In this document: positions 29,196 to 39,625 of the stretch, in pieces
Position numbering within the stretch: the first letter of the stretch is position 1
Layout: each line of letters starts with the position of its first letter
DNA from: a virus
Lineage: Duplodnaviria; Caudoviricetes
Length of the DNA: 53,799 nucleotides
Virus record (IMG/VR): IMGVR_UViG_3300018049_000024
Coordinates: 1 to 53,799 of that record
Strand: one strand, 5' to 3'
Made by a program: the position numbers and the translations under genes
Notes under the pieces: generated by a model
What the model saw: the letters and a program-made list of their open reading frames with translations, nothing else
What the model was told of the DNA's origin: nothing
The model's database searches: none

Positions 29196-30318
29196 TACAT
29201 TTTGTGCTTTGCCATTTGTTCATTCTTGTGTTAGAGTAGGCGGCACAATGTCTCCTTGTTGTAGATTTCATGACTCGGCATATTTAATAGACGGTATGAA
29301 TCCTAGAGAATATTTTGACTCAAGACATCTTGAAGATATTCGTAAGAAAATGATAGCTGGTGAAAAGTTAAAAGGTTGCGCCAAGTGTTATCAAGAAGAA
29401 GAATTAGGTAAAAAGAGTATGAGGCAACATGCAAATAATGAGTATAAAAAATTTGCTGGAACGATATACCCTAACAGAGAAGTTAAGTTTATAGAAGTTA
29501 GTTTTGACAATTTGTGTAATATGGCGTGTGTGTCTTGCACACCGATAGAAAGTTCTAAATGGGGAGAGTATTTAGAAGAACTAAATTATGATAATAAACT
29601 AGGTAGCAGATACAAACAATCTCCAGTTTCAATAATAGACATAGATTATACAGATAATGATTATACTACCACTGATAAAATAAAGTTATTAGGTGGTGAG
29701 CCTTTTTTAAATGTTAAGAATATTGAGTTTTTAGAAAAATTTCAGTTAGAACAATTACATTTTATGATGCACACTAATTGCTCTTTAGTACCAAATAAAA
29801 AATGGAATGAGTTACTTGAAAAAATAAGGTTATTGCAAATAACATTATCTATTGACGGTATGGGTGAGGTAGCAGAGTTTTCGCGATATGGGGTTGAATG
29901 GAATCAGGTTGAACGGGCATTGGATTGGTTTATAAAGTTCAAGGAAAAGAAGAAATATCAAGATATAAAGAAAGGTAAAGGTGTATATCTATCTGTACAT
30001 TCAGTAATTCATATTTTTAACATATTTGATCTTAATAATTTTAAAAATTATCTTATTGATAAACAGTTGAGATATAATTTTGATATACTCAGTAATCCGC
30101 ACCATTTAGATATAAAGATATTACCAAAGCAAATAAAAGAACAGCTAATAGATACAATTGATTATGCTTATATACGAAACTATTTAATAAAAAATATTGA
30201 TTATGTAGATAATGATAGTTTAGATAGATTTTTTATTTACGCAGAACGATTACAAAAAAGACAGCATTTTAATTTTGTAGATACTATAGTAGAGGAGATT
30301 AAAAAATGCAATGGTTAG
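29188..30318 (+). CDS. Twitch-domain radical SAM protein, 376 aa
   Basis: FCALPF..PCC..CAKCY, CNMACVSC, LGGEP, LSIDG. Confidence 0.9.
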   Translation: MSNTFCALPFVHSCVRVGGTMSPCCRFHDSAYLIDGMNPREYFDSRHLEDIRKKMIAGEKLKGCAKCYQEEELGKKSMRQHANNEYKKFAGTIYPNREVKFIEVSFDNLCNMACVSCTPIESSKWGEYLEELNYDNKLGSRYKQSPVSIIDIDYTDNDYTTTDKIKLLGGEPFLNVKNIEFLEKFQLEQLHFMMHTNCSLVPNKKWNELLEKIRLLQITLSIDGMGEVAEFSRYGVEWNQVERALDWFIKFKEKKKYQDIKKGKGVYLSVHSVIHIFNIFDLNNFKNYLIDKQLRYNFDILSNPHHLDIKILPKQIKEQLIDTIDYAYIRNYLIKNIDYVDNDSLDRFFIYAERLQKRQHFNFVDTIVEEIKKCNG

Positions 30319-30842
30319 ATATTTTAAAAAATAAAAAACAAATACATTATTTTAGTAATAGAACAGTTGATAAGCAACTTATTGTAGATATATTAGATGA
30401 GTTGCATGAGTATTGCCCGTCTAAGCAAAATAAAACACCATACACTATCAAAGTTGTTCCATCAGAAGGTAATGAAAGCCTAAAAGAAGCCATATTTTAT
30501 AATACTTGGTGTGATTCACCGAGCCCATCAGATCCAAGAAATACACAAGTATTAGCTCCTTATACTTTTTTATTTAAGACTACTACTTTGGAGCCAATTG
30601 GAATGATCGAGATAGGAATAGCATCTACTTTTATTGCTTACGCAGCAATATCTAGAGGATTGTCAATTGGATTTTGTGAATGCTATAAAAAAGACGATAT
30701 TGATTTGATGTTAGGAATTGGATATCCAATAGTTGGTGATGAGACATTTTATCACCCATTGCAAAAAAAGAAAAAGCAGCATCATTTCGAAGAGGAAGGA
30801 CCAAAAAAGCAAGATAGCTCAGAATATATTTTATGGGTATAA
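30306..30842 (+). CDS. Nitroreductase-family (FMN-binding) protein, 178 aa
   Basis: CPSKQNKTPY (APSxxNxQPW-like), EIGIA..AAISRGL, LGIGY. Confidence 0.6.
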   Translation: MQWLDILKNKKQIHYFSNRTVDKQLIVDILDELHEYCPSKQNKTPYTIKVVPSEGNESLKEAIFYNTWCDSPSPSDPRNTQVLAPYTFLFKTTTLEPIGMIEIGIASTFIAYAAISRGLSIGFCECYKKDDIDLMLGIGYPIVGDETFYHPLQKKKKQHHFEEEGPKKQDSSEYILWV

Positions 30843-30855
30843 TATTAAGATAAAT

Positions 30856-31566
30856 ATGATTATTGCAATTGTTGGGTGTAGTTATACTCACTATAAAGAT
30901 AGCGACTCTTTATTTGGCACTTATCCATATTTTTTATCTAAAAGTTTTCCAAATTATAATATAGTAGATTTATCTACGCCAGGTGGGAGTAATGATAGTG
31001 CATATTTGAGATTACAATGGTATGAGCAGAGATATGGCAAAGTCATTGATAAAGTCATTATGCAAGTTACCCACTTATATAGAACATTTATTCATTCTAA
31101 AGCAGAGGTAAAAAGTATACAGTTAAAAGATATAGATTTATTTGATGAAATAGATACTAAAAATAATTATTTTTATACAAATGGGTCTGTAAATAAAATT
31201 GTTGGAAGACATATGAGTATGAATAGTTCTGAACCAAATTTAAAGTGGATTGACAATCATCTCGGTAAAAATTTTAAACAATCTAAAGAAATAGAGTTAG
31301 CTACGTGGAAATCACAATGGCAAACAAAACAGTCTGTAGATTTGATTAATGCTACATATGATTCTATATTTTTTGATTGGCATAATAGCACAAAATATAA
31401 TATGAGTTTTATGCCTTATCGAAAAGATGTTTTACATTTAGGATCCGTAGAAGATTTATTAGGTACTGATTATTTTGAAAAACACGGCAAAGAGATAACA
31501 TATCATTTTGGAAAAGTAGAGCAGAAACAAATTGCAGATATGATAGGCGAAATACTGTGGAAATAA
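30856..31566 (+). CDS. SGNH/GDSL hydrolase-like protein, 236 aa
   Basis: IVGCSYT (block I), PGGSN (block II), C-terminal His (TYHF); start moved to ATG 30856. Confidence 0.55.
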   Translation: MIIAIVGCSYTHYKDSDSLFGTYPYFLSKSFPNYNIVDLSTPGGSNDSAYLRLQWYEQRYGKVIDKVIMQVTHLYRTFIHSKAEVKSIQLKDIDLFDEIDTKNNYFYTNGSVNKIVGRHMSMNSSEPNLKWIDNHLGKNFKQSKEIELATWKSQWQTKQSVDLINATYDSIFFDWHNSTKYNMSFMPYRKDVLHLGSVEDLLGTDYFEKHGKEITYHFGKVEQKQIADMIGEILWK

Positions 31567-32648
31567 AAATAGATAACAAAGTTCCATTTTGTTTTGCCCC
31601 TTGGGTTGGATTGCATGCAAGAGCAACTCAAAAAATTGATGAACCAAAAAAATTAAGGTATGCGCCTTGTTGTGCTTGGCAAAGTGATTTTGTAGATGAT
31701 ATACAGTTTACAGATATCAAAGAAAAAATGTTAAGACAAGATATCTCTATTATTAAATCCTGTAAAGAATGTATAGATGAAGAAAGAGTTAGCCAATGGT
31801 CCGAGAGGTTAAACTATAAAAGAAAAGTAAATGAAAAAAATTATTTTACTTTAGATAAAATAAATTGGCTAGATGTTCGTCCTTCAAATTTATGTAATCT
31901 AAAATGCATTATTTGTACAGCACATAATTCATCTATGATTGCAAAAGAAGAAAACATTCAATATCATGATGCCTCATTGGATGATTTAAAAAAGTTAGAT
32001 TTATCAGATGTTAAACAGCTTAAAATTTTAGGTGGAGAGCCTACTATACAAGCATCAGCATTAAGTTTTATTGACTATATGTGTGACACTTACGATGTGT
32101 CAAACATGCAGTTACATATTACATCTAATGGAACAAATATAAATGAGAGTTTAATTAATAAGTGTCTTCCATTTAATGAGTCAATTTATACTATAAGCAT
32201 TGATGGTACAGGTAAGGTATTTGAATACATTAGGAAAAATGCAGATTGGGAATCAGTAAGACAAAATATATTATTTTTGAAAGATATGACTACTAAACAT
32301 AAAAATATAGTTTTGGACTTACAATCAACTATAGGAGCTATTGCTTTTGTTACAGTTAATAAATGGCTAGAAGAGTTTATTGGGTTAGATGTACCTTCTA
32401 GGTTTTTTCTCGCTCAAGGTAAAAGAAATTCTATTGCAGCAGTTCCTTTAAAATATAAAAAGAAAGTTAGAAGTTATTTGAAAACAATAAACCACGAGTA
32501 TGCTAATATAATTTATAAAATGAGTGACGCAATCAAATATGATAAGAACAGTTATGAGGCGTTTTATAATCATGTATTATCTAAAGATAAAATAAGAAAT
32601 ACAAACATTTTAGATTTACATCCTTATTTTAAAGAGTTTTTGAAATGA
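31557..32648 (+). CDS. Twitch-domain radical SAM protein, 363 aa
   Basis: FCFAPW..PCC..CKEC, CNLKCIIC, LGGEP, ISIDG; GTG start. Confidence 0.9.
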   Translation: MEIKIDNKVPFCFAPWVGLHARATQKIDEPKKLRYAPCCAWQSDFVDDIQFTDIKEKMLRQDISIIKSCKECIDEERVSQWSERLNYKRKVNEKNYFTLDKINWLDVRPSNLCNLKCIICTAHNSSMIAKEENIQYHDASLDDLKKLDLSDVKQLKILGGEPTIQASALSFIDYMCDTYDVSNMQLHITSNGTNINESLINKCLPFNESIYTISIDGTGKVFEYIRKNADWESVRQNILFLKDMTTKHKNIVLDLQSTIGAIAFVTVNKWLEEFIGLDVPSRFFLAQGKRNSIAAVPLKYKKKVRSYLKTINHEYANIIYKMSDAIKYDKNSYEAFYNHVLSKDKIRNTNILDLHPYFKEFLK

Positions 32649-34030
32649 TATCCCCAACCTTTTGCGCCCTACCCTGGCTACACCTGTCCTCAAGACCCGA
32701 CGGAAAAATGCGAACCTGCTGCACCTCGAATGCAAGTTCCGTGCAAGACCCAGACTCATCTAATAAAATTGGAGGAGGAGAAGTTGGCGTGGTAAAAAAT
32801 GATGATGGTGTTCCTGCTAATTTTAATCATACTAGCTTGGCAGATGCTTGGAACTCATCATATATGCGTAATGTTAGGAAAATGATGTTGCGAGGTGAAA
32901 AACCTGCGTCTTGTCTAAAGTGTTACAAAGAAGAAGACGCTGGGCACAGATCCAAACGCAATTGGGAAACAGAGTATTGGGCAGCACGATATGATTTGCC
33001 TACCATGGTTGAAGCTACTCAAGAAGATGGTAGTATAGAGCCAAAGATTCGTTATATTGATTTGAGGATGGGCACCAAATGCCAGTTAGCTTGTGTTATG
33101 TGTTCACCTCATGACTCGTCAGGTTGGGTAAAAGATTGGCAAGAGATATTTCCACAAATACAAAATGAAAAACTAAAAGGAACATCAGAATGGAAAAATA
33201 AAGGAAAAGTGCATGGAGCATCTTATAATTGGCATTTAGACAACCCTAGATTTTGGAAAGAGTTGATGGAACAAGTTCCACATATGTACCAATTGTATTT
33301 TGCAGGTGGCGAAAGCCTTATTATTGATGAACATTATGATTTATTAGAAGAGTGTATAAAGAAAGGGTATGCCAAAAACATAGAGCTTAGGTATAACTCA
33401 AATGCTGTTGAATGGCGTGAAGATTTATTTGATTTGTGGCAAGAGTTTAAACGAGTAAGATTCCATTACTCAATTGATGCTGATGGAGAAAGAAATGATT
33501 ATATTAGATATCCAAGTAATTGGCAACATCAAGAAGATGTATTTTGGAAATTAGATGAAACTACTGATAATGTTGAAGTTACTACTGCTACGACTATAAT
33601 GTTATTGAATATTGGTTATATACCTGAATTTGTACAATGGAAGGTAAATCAAGGTTTTAGAAAAATAAATAAATGGCCCTTAGGAGCAGGAGGAGTTAAT
33701 ATGCATTTTGCTTACTGGCCTCCACAGCTAAATGTAAAAGTTCTTCCACAAAATATAAAAGAAAAAATTACAAACAAGTATGAGAAAGAATTTTACCCTT
33801 GGTGTCGTGAAAATTGGCAAAAATTTACAGGTGTAACAGAAGCTGGAATAGAGTATGACACTTGGAATGAGGCAGTATATGGAATTAAACGATACCAAGG
33901 ATTAATAAAGTTTATGAACTCAGAGGATTGGAGTTCTAGATTGCCAGAAACTAGAGAATATTTAAAATTAGTTGATTCTCGACGAGGATTAGACTATACA
34001 AAAACATTTCCATTATTAGAGGATTTATAA
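32645..34030 (+). CDS. Twitch-domain radical SAM protein, 461 aa
   Basis: FCALPW..TCC..CLKCY, CQLACVMC, AGGES. Confidence 0.9.
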   Translation: MISPTFCALPWLHLSSRPDGKMRTCCTSNASSVQDPDSSNKIGGGEVGVVKNDDGVPANFNHTSLADAWNSSYMRNVRKMMLRGEKPASCLKCYKEEDAGHRSKRNWETEYWAARYDLPTMVEATQEDGSIEPKIRYIDLRMGTKCQLACVMCSPHDSSGWVKDWQEIFPQIQNEKLKGTSEWKNKGKVHGASYNWHLDNPRFWKELMEQVPHMYQLYFAGGESLIIDEHYDLLEECIKKGYAKNIELRYNSNAVEWREDLFDLWQEFKRVRFHYSIDADGERNDYIRYPSNWQHQEDVFWKLDETTDNVEVTTATTIMLLNIGYIPEFVQWKVNQGFRKINKWPLGAGGVNMHFAYWPPQLNVKVLPQNIKEKITNKYEKEFYPWCRENWQKFTGVTEAGIEYDTWNEAVYGIKRYQGLIKFMNSEDWSSRLPETREYLKLVDSRRGLDYTKTFPLLEDL

Positions 34031-35380
34031 ATGTCAAACTTTTGTCCGTTACCATGGAATAGTGTTAGCACACGAAATAATGGTGATATGAGAGTTTGCT
34101 GTCATGCTAACAGTTATACAGCGAATAGAGGAATACTTCGTAAAAAAGATAATACGCCATATAATGCTGGTGTTGATGATTGGGATGAGGTAAGAAATTC
34201 TGACTTACTGAAAGAAGTTCGCAAAACAATGCTCAACGGAGAGTGGCATCCAGAGTGCGAAAGATGCAGACAAGAGGAAGTAAACGGGTATGTTAGTCGA
34301 AGGATGTATGAGTCTAAAGATTGGGCAGAGTATCATGGAGACTTTACTGAAGATAAAGCCAGACAAGTTACACAAGAAGATGGAACAATAGATGTTGGTG
34401 CTATGTCACTTGATTATATGGATATAAGATATGGTAATTTTTGCAATTTGAAATGTCGTATGTGTGGCCCAACAGATAGTCATCAATGGTATGATGATCA
34501 TGTAAAGTTATATAATACTACATCTTATCCAGAAACAAGTGGCAAAATTCATTTAGAAAAAAATGAAAAAGGAAGATGGACCACATCAGCTTATGATTGG
34601 TTTGTTGGCAATAAGCATCATATCAAAAGTTTGCAGGATAGAGCTAAAAGTTTAAAAAAACTATATATAGTTGGCGGTGAGCCTCTTATAATTCAAGAGC
34701 ATACTGATTTATTGGAAATGCTAGTAGAAACAGGAGACTGTAAACATTTACAATTAGAGTATAATACAAATTTGACTAATATTACAGATAAGGTTTATAA
34801 ATTATGGGAAAATTTTAAACAAATTCGTATAGGTGCTAGTATAGATGGGTATGGTAAAGTATTAGAGTATCAACGCCATCCAGCAAAATGGGATATGATT
34901 TATGAAAATATGGTATTATTAGAGCAAAATGATAAAGTCAATTTGAAGGCTTGGATTGCATATACTATTACTCCGTATAATGTTTATCATTTACCTGAGT
35001 TTATGAAATGGAAATTATGTGATAGTAATCTTACAAAATTTAATCCAAAAACATCGCCTCGCCCAGTAATTAGTGAGCATTTGTGTCATAATCCAAAATA
35101 TTACAATATCAAGTTGTTACCAAAACATCATAAAGAAGCTGTTGTAAAAAAGAATTTAGAGTATTGTGATTGGATTGAAAAAACAGAGTTTGGGGATAAT
35201 ATAAAATCAGCATTCAAAAAAATATTAACAAATGTTAATACTTTTATGATGAGTGAAGATTTGTATGAGAAAGAAGGACAGGAATTTATAAATTTAACAC
35301 TTAAATTAGATAAAATTCGAAATCAATCTATAATAGATATAGTACCTGAATTAGAGGATATGTTTGATGCATATTACTAA
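34031..35380 (+). CDS. Twitch-domain radical SAM protein, 449 aa
   Basis: FCPLPW..VCC..CERC, CNLKCRMC, VGGEP, ASIDG. Confidence 0.9.
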   Translation: MSNFCPLPWNSVSTRNNGDMRVCCHANSYTANRGILRKKDNTPYNAGVDDWDEVRNSDLLKEVRKTMLNGEWHPECERCRQEEVNGYVSRRMYESKDWAEYHGDFTEDKARQVTQEDGTIDVGAMSLDYMDIRYGNFCNLKCRMCGPTDSHQWYDDHVKLYNTTSYPETSGKIHLEKNEKGRWTTSAYDWFVGNKHHIKSLQDRAKSLKKLYIVGGEPLIIQEHTDLLEMLVETGDCKHLQLEYNTNLTNITDKVYKLWENFKQIRIGASIDGYGKVLEYQRHPAKWDMIYENMVLLEQNDKVNLKAWIAYTITPYNVYHLPEFMKWKLCDSNLTKFNPKTSPRPVISEHLCHNPKYYNIKLLPKHHKEAVVKKNLEYCDWIEKTEFGDNIKSAFKKILTNVNTFMMSEDLYEKEGQEFINLTLKLDKIRNQSIIDIVPELEDMFDAYY

Positions 35381-36260
35381 TGAAAATCTAGATTGTTGTA
35401 TAGTTACATTTTTTCTTCATAATGTTTGTAACTATCAATGCTCTTACTGTAGTGAATATCATAATGGCGGAGATCAACGATGGCCAGAGGATTGGAAACC
35501 ATATCTTAATTTCATTAATGAAATAAAGAAACGCAACAAATATGTTTATATTGAAGTTTTAGGCGGAGAGCCTACAGTTTGGCCTCAGTTTCAAGATTTT
35601 GTAGAATATATTAGTGATGATGATGTGTTTATTGAGTTTGCTACAAATGCAAGTAGAACTTTGAGATATTGGAAAGAGTTTAGATTGCATCATGGTTATG
35701 TGTTTTTATCTTGGCATCATGAACAAGCAGATGATGATCATTTTTATCAAGTAGCTGAGATATTGCAAGATAAAGCAAGCGTATCTATTCCTCTAATGAT
35801 GCTTCCTGAAAACTTTGATAGAGGAAAAAAGTTATATGATAGATTAAAAAAGTTAAAGGTAGAAATAACACCAAAATTTACTCGCGTGTCTATACATGGA
35901 TTTCAATATCCTAATTATACAGAGGAACAAACAAGTTGGATCAAGAGTAGTTATTACAATAAGATGATGCCATTTAATATTGATTGGAAAATACCAATAC
36001 AGTTACATTTAGATGGAGTTCCAACAAAATTTGTAGACATTCTTTCAGAAAATCTTCATTATTTTGAGAATTATACTTGCACTGCAGGAATAAAAAGATT
36101 TTATGTAGAGCCAAATGGTAATGTAAAACGGTGCACAAAAAGTGTTGGTGGAATCGTAGCAAATATATTTGAAGATTATACTTTGCCTACTGATCCTATT
36201 GTTTGTGATTATAAGGCTTGCCCTTGTAAATTAGATGCTTTAGTTGAAAAATGGAAATAA
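35367..36260 (+). CDS. Radical SAM protein with C-terminal Cys cluster, 297 aa
   Basis: CNYQCSYC, LGGEPT; C-terminal CTAG..KRC..CDYKACPC. Confidence 0.9.
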   Translation: MHITNENLDCCIVTFFLHNVCNYQCSYCSEYHNGGDQRWPEDWKPYLNFINEIKKRNKYVYIEVLGGEPTVWPQFQDFVEYISDDDVFIEFATNASRTLRYWKEFRLHHGYVFLSWHHEQADDDHFYQVAEILQDKASVSIPLMMLPENFDRGKKLYDRLKKLKVEITPKFTRVSIHGFQYPNYTEEQTSWIKSSYYNKMMPFNIDWKIPIQLHLDGVPTKFVDILSENLHYFENYTCTAGIKRFYVEPNGNVKRCTKSVGGIVANIFEDYTLPTDPIVCDYKACPCKLDALVEKWK

Positions 36261-36808
36261 ATCATTCTATAGGTTGGATTAATAAAGAAGGCATTGAACT
36301 TCATTTAGATTATATGACAAATGATTATGGTAAGATATTAGAAGGAGGCTCTGCCGCTGGAAAATTATTTTATCATTTACATCAGGTAAAACCTAATTGG
36401 GAGTATTATGCTGTGAATACTTGGACCAAAGATGATGTGTTTTTGCAAAAAGATTGGAATGGCAAATATTGGGATAAAGATAATCTTGGTGAACGTGTTA
36501 CTATTGATTTATTTGTAAAGTATTGCCCGTTTTCTAAATATTATGATGGCAGGTTTGAAGATTATAAGATTGACGAAAAGTTTGACATTGTAAGCATTGG
36601 ACAAATTGGTCCTAATATAGATTGGGAGAAGACTTTTACTGTAGCCTATGATTATTTAAAAGATGGTGGGGTTATTATAGGTAGAAATTATAGTCATTAT
36701 CATTATAAAGACCCAATTCGTAAAGCAACTGAAAGGTTTGATGTTTTAGAGATTGATAATAGAAATGATGAATATCCTAATCAAAATTTTATAATAGAGA
36801 AAAAATGA
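36251..36808 (+). CDS. Class I SAM-dependent methyltransferase-like protein, 185 aa
   Basis: ILEGGSAAG (motif I), KFDIVSI, LKDGGVIIG. Confidence 0.6.
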   Translation: MEINHSIGWINKEGIELHLDYMTNDYGKILEGGSAAGKLFYHLHQVKPNWEYYAVNTWTKDDVFLQKDWNGKYWDKDNLGERVTIDLFVKYCPFSKYYDGRFEDYKIDEKFDIVSIGQIGPNIDWEKTFTVAYDYLKDGGVIIGRNYSHYHYKDPIRKATERFDVLEIDNRNDEYPNQNFIIEKK

Positions 36809-37515
36809 AAATAGAACCATTTCTTAGGGCTATGCATAAAAATGAATGTAACCAAACAAAAGATTTTCTATATCCTCGTCAAAAAGAGGAACTTGCTAAA
36901 CATAGAAAATTCTTATCAAAATATAAAGATGGATTATATATTAAAAATCCTGTAACATACACCATAAACCATTTAGGATATCGAACTAGAGACGATATAC
37001 CTACCACTGATTATATATTAGCAGTGGGCTGTAGTCATACATTTGGGATAGGATTACATGAAGAACATAGATTTACTAATTTATTAGAAGATTTTTATAA
37101 GGTCCCAGTGCTGAATGTTTCTATACCAGGTGGATCACCAAATAGCGTTCGAGACAATATAATCCAATTATTATCAAGTGATACTTGTTTACCAAAATTA
37201 GTTATACTACAATGGCCCAGTGATACTAGGCTTACTTTTGGACTTCAGAATCTTGGGCCATGGGCTAGAAGAGATCTTTATTATGCTAGGTTTGTAGCTT
37301 TGAATAAAGATAATATATCTTTATATAGTAAGATAGCAAAAGAGCAAACACCTAGATTACTAACAAAGCATGGTATTCCGTTTATTTCTTTTGATATGAA
37401 GGAGAGAGAAAAACATTTTTTTCTTGATGTAGCTAATGATAGAGATCATTCTGGTATAGAAGGGAACAAGCTAGTTTTTGAGCATTTAAAAGAACAAATT
37501 GATGCAATATTGTAA
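36805..37515 (+). CDS. SGNH/GDSL hydrolase-like protein, 236 aa
   Basis: INHLGYR, VGCSHTFG, PGGS, DRDH (DxxH). Confidence 0.65.
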   Translation: MKIEPFLRAMHKNECNQTKDFLYPRQKEELAKHRKFLSKYKDGLYIKNPVTYTINHLGYRTRDDIPTTDYILAVGCSHTFGIGLHEEHRFTNLLEDFYKVPVLNVSIPGGSPNSVRDNIIQLLSSDTCLPKLVILQWPSDTRLTFGLQNLGPWARRDLYYARFVALNKDNISLYSKIAKEQTPRLLTKHGIPFISFDMKEREKHFFLDVANDRDHSGIEGNKLVFEHLKEQIDAIL

Positions 37516-38026
37516 GAACGATTGTCTTAATGAGCATATAAAGCAACGGAGAGTGTATCATGGTGGAGATCATATCTATAAAACATGGATCAAACCAAAA
37601 ATAACTTATGAGTATTTAAGAAATATGGTGGAGTTGATTGAAAAAGTAGATCCGTCATATGTATTAGATTATGGTATTAATAATGGTAAATGTTGGGCTA
37701 AGTTTCGTATAGTAGAAGGAGAGCTTAGATATAATCCCTTCAAATGGAATGAAGAATCAGTTAGAAACGTTATTAATTTTATTACAAATCATTATAAAAC
37801 TTTTTACCCAATATATCACGGTGATCCTTGTTTAGGAAATATTTTAGTATCAGATGACACTTTTCATTTTATAGATTATGACGACATATGTGTAAATGAA
37901 AATATAAATCAAGTGTTTAAACTTATACAGAATAAATGTTTAGAATCATTTTCAATGGGTGCATTTGCAGGAAAATATAATAACTTGATAAAGTCAGTAA
38001 TAAAAGAGAATAAAAAACTAATATGA
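37502..38026 (+). CDS. Small kinase-like phosphotransferase (APH/choline kinase fold), 174 aa
   Basis: HGDPCLGNILV (Brenner motif HGDxxxxN) and FIDYD. Confidence 0.6.
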   Translation: MQYCKNDCLNEHIKQRRVYHGGDHIYKTWIKPKITYEYLRNMVELIEKVDPSYVLDYGINNGKCWAKFRIVEGELRYNPFKWNEESVRNVINFITNHYKTFYPIYHGDPCLGNILVSDDTFHFIDYDDICVNENINQVFKLIQNKCLESFSMGAFAGKYNNLIKSVIKENKKLI

Positions 38027-38964
38027 AATATGAAGATATGACTTTTGAAGTCTTAGGCACTCATAGACAGCGTCCAATGTATTTGCGTAAATTTACAACC
38101 TTTAGGAGTGAGTTAGATATGGCTACTTATCCTAGAGATCCACATGCATATACAGAAATATTTTTAGATACTATAGACAAATGGATAGCATCTCACAAAT
38201 ATATCAAGTATAATGGATTAGAATCATTTTCTCGACGAGATGTGATTTTAGGTACTACACACCAGCTAGATGAGTTACATCTTCTTCACGGGGAAAATAT
38301 TGTAGTCTATAAAGGCGAATATAAATATCATAGAAGATTAACAAACCATAGTGTAAGGCAGATCAATACATACACTCAGCTTAGAAAGGGAGATGTATTT
38401 ATAGTATCTTATCCAAGTTGTATTACAACAGGCAAAATAGATGAGTTTGATGAGCTTTTAGATTATTGTGCTAAATTGTATATACCAGTTCATATAGATG
38501 GAGCTTGGTTTGGGCAATGTAGAAATATTGAGATTTCTGTAGATCATCCCGCGATTCAAAGTGTAAGTGTAAGTTTAAGCAAAGCATTAGGAATGGGAAA
38601 TCAACGAATAGGTATTAGATATACAAAAGATCGAGTAAATGGACCTATTGCTATTATGAATGATTTCGGTTATGTGAATGCTAGTGATATGTGGGTAGGA
38701 GTAGAAGCAACAACTTATTTTGGTGCTGATTATTGGTGGGCAAATTATGGCGAGTTATATACTAAAGTTTGTAAAGATTTTGATTTGCTAGAGTCCGATA
38801 GTATTCATGCAGCATGGAAAGACAATATTTTGTATGGAATTCGAACCCCGCTACGAATGTTAATAGAAGGTATATACGATGAAAGAGGTACTGATAAAGG
38901 ATTATCAGATATTGAACGAAAAGATAGATCAAATGAAGTTTGGAAATCAATGTCTAGACATTGA
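38023..38964 (+). CDS. PLP-dependent enzyme (fold type I, aminotransferase-like), 313 aa
   Basis: HIDGAW (PLP-binding Asp), SLSKALG (Schiff-base Lys), RIG. Confidence 0.7.
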   Translation: MKYEDMTFEVLGTHRQRPMYLRKFTTFRSELDMATYPRDPHAYTEIFLDTIDKWIASHKYIKYNGLESFSRRDVILGTTHQLDELHLLHGENIVVYKGEYKYHRRLTNHSVRQINTYTQLRKGDVFIVSYPSCITTGKIDEFDELLDYCAKLYIPVHIDGAWFGQCRNIEISVDHPAIQSVSVSLSKALGMGNQRIGIRYTKDRVNGPIAIMNDFGYVNASDMWVGVEATTYFGADYWWANYGELYTKVCKDFDLLESDSIHAAWKDNILYGIRTPLRMLIEGIYDERGTDKGLSDIERKDRSNEVWKSMSRH

Positions 38965-39625
38965 TTTAGATAAATGGATTGAAAAATTTTATAAAATATA
39001 TAAAGATAAATCTGATGATTTTAAAATATCTGGCGCATTTAAAGGAAACACGCATTATAAATTTACATTAGACGATAGAATATCTTTTGCTAAGGATATT
39101 CCATTTATTCGTGATAGTAAGTTGCAATGGTTTTTTGAATTTTTCTATGCTACAGAACCAGTAGGTTTGCATAATGATTATTTACTAACCAACATGTCCA
39201 ATGGTGATATTATAAGGGATAAGATTGGCATACTAATACCATTAGAGTGGAATTCAAAACAACCATATACACTTTTCTTTGATAAATTTACAGAAGATTC
39301 AAAATTAATTTTTCGAAAAGGCGAAATGCGCCATCATAAAACAAATGAAGTATATTCGTATAGACACTCTGATGATATTGATAAAGAAATTGATTTTTAT
39401 CAACCAATAGGATCTAAAAATAGGCGACAATATATAGATTTAAAAATAGTTGATATTTTTACATATAAGAAAAATTATAGTTATGTTTTTGATACGCGGC
39501 AATGGCATTCTGGGTCTTGGTTTATAGATAACTTAACTGGTGAACCAGAAGAAAAAAAGTATAAATTGATTATTTCTGGTTTTGGCTCAGAAATACTAAA
39601 CCCTAAAAACAGGAATAAATGTTAA
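38933..39625 (+). CDS. 2OG-Fe(II) oxygenase-like protein, about 230 aa
   Basis: LHND, ILIPL, FDTRQWH; paralog of 41064. Start uncertain (38879 or 38933). Confidence 0.55.
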   Translation: MKFGNQCLDIDLDKWIEKFYKIYKDKSDDFKISGAFKGNTHYKFTLDDRISFAKDIPFIRDSKLQWFFEFFYATEPVGLHNDYLLTNMSNGDIIRDKIGILIPLEWNSKQPYTLFFDKFTEDSKLIFRKGEMRHHKTNEVYSYRHSDDIDKEIDFYQPIGSKNRRQYIDLKIVDIFTYKKNYSYVFDTRQWHSGSWFIDNLTGEPEEKKYKLIISGFGSEILNPKNRNKC

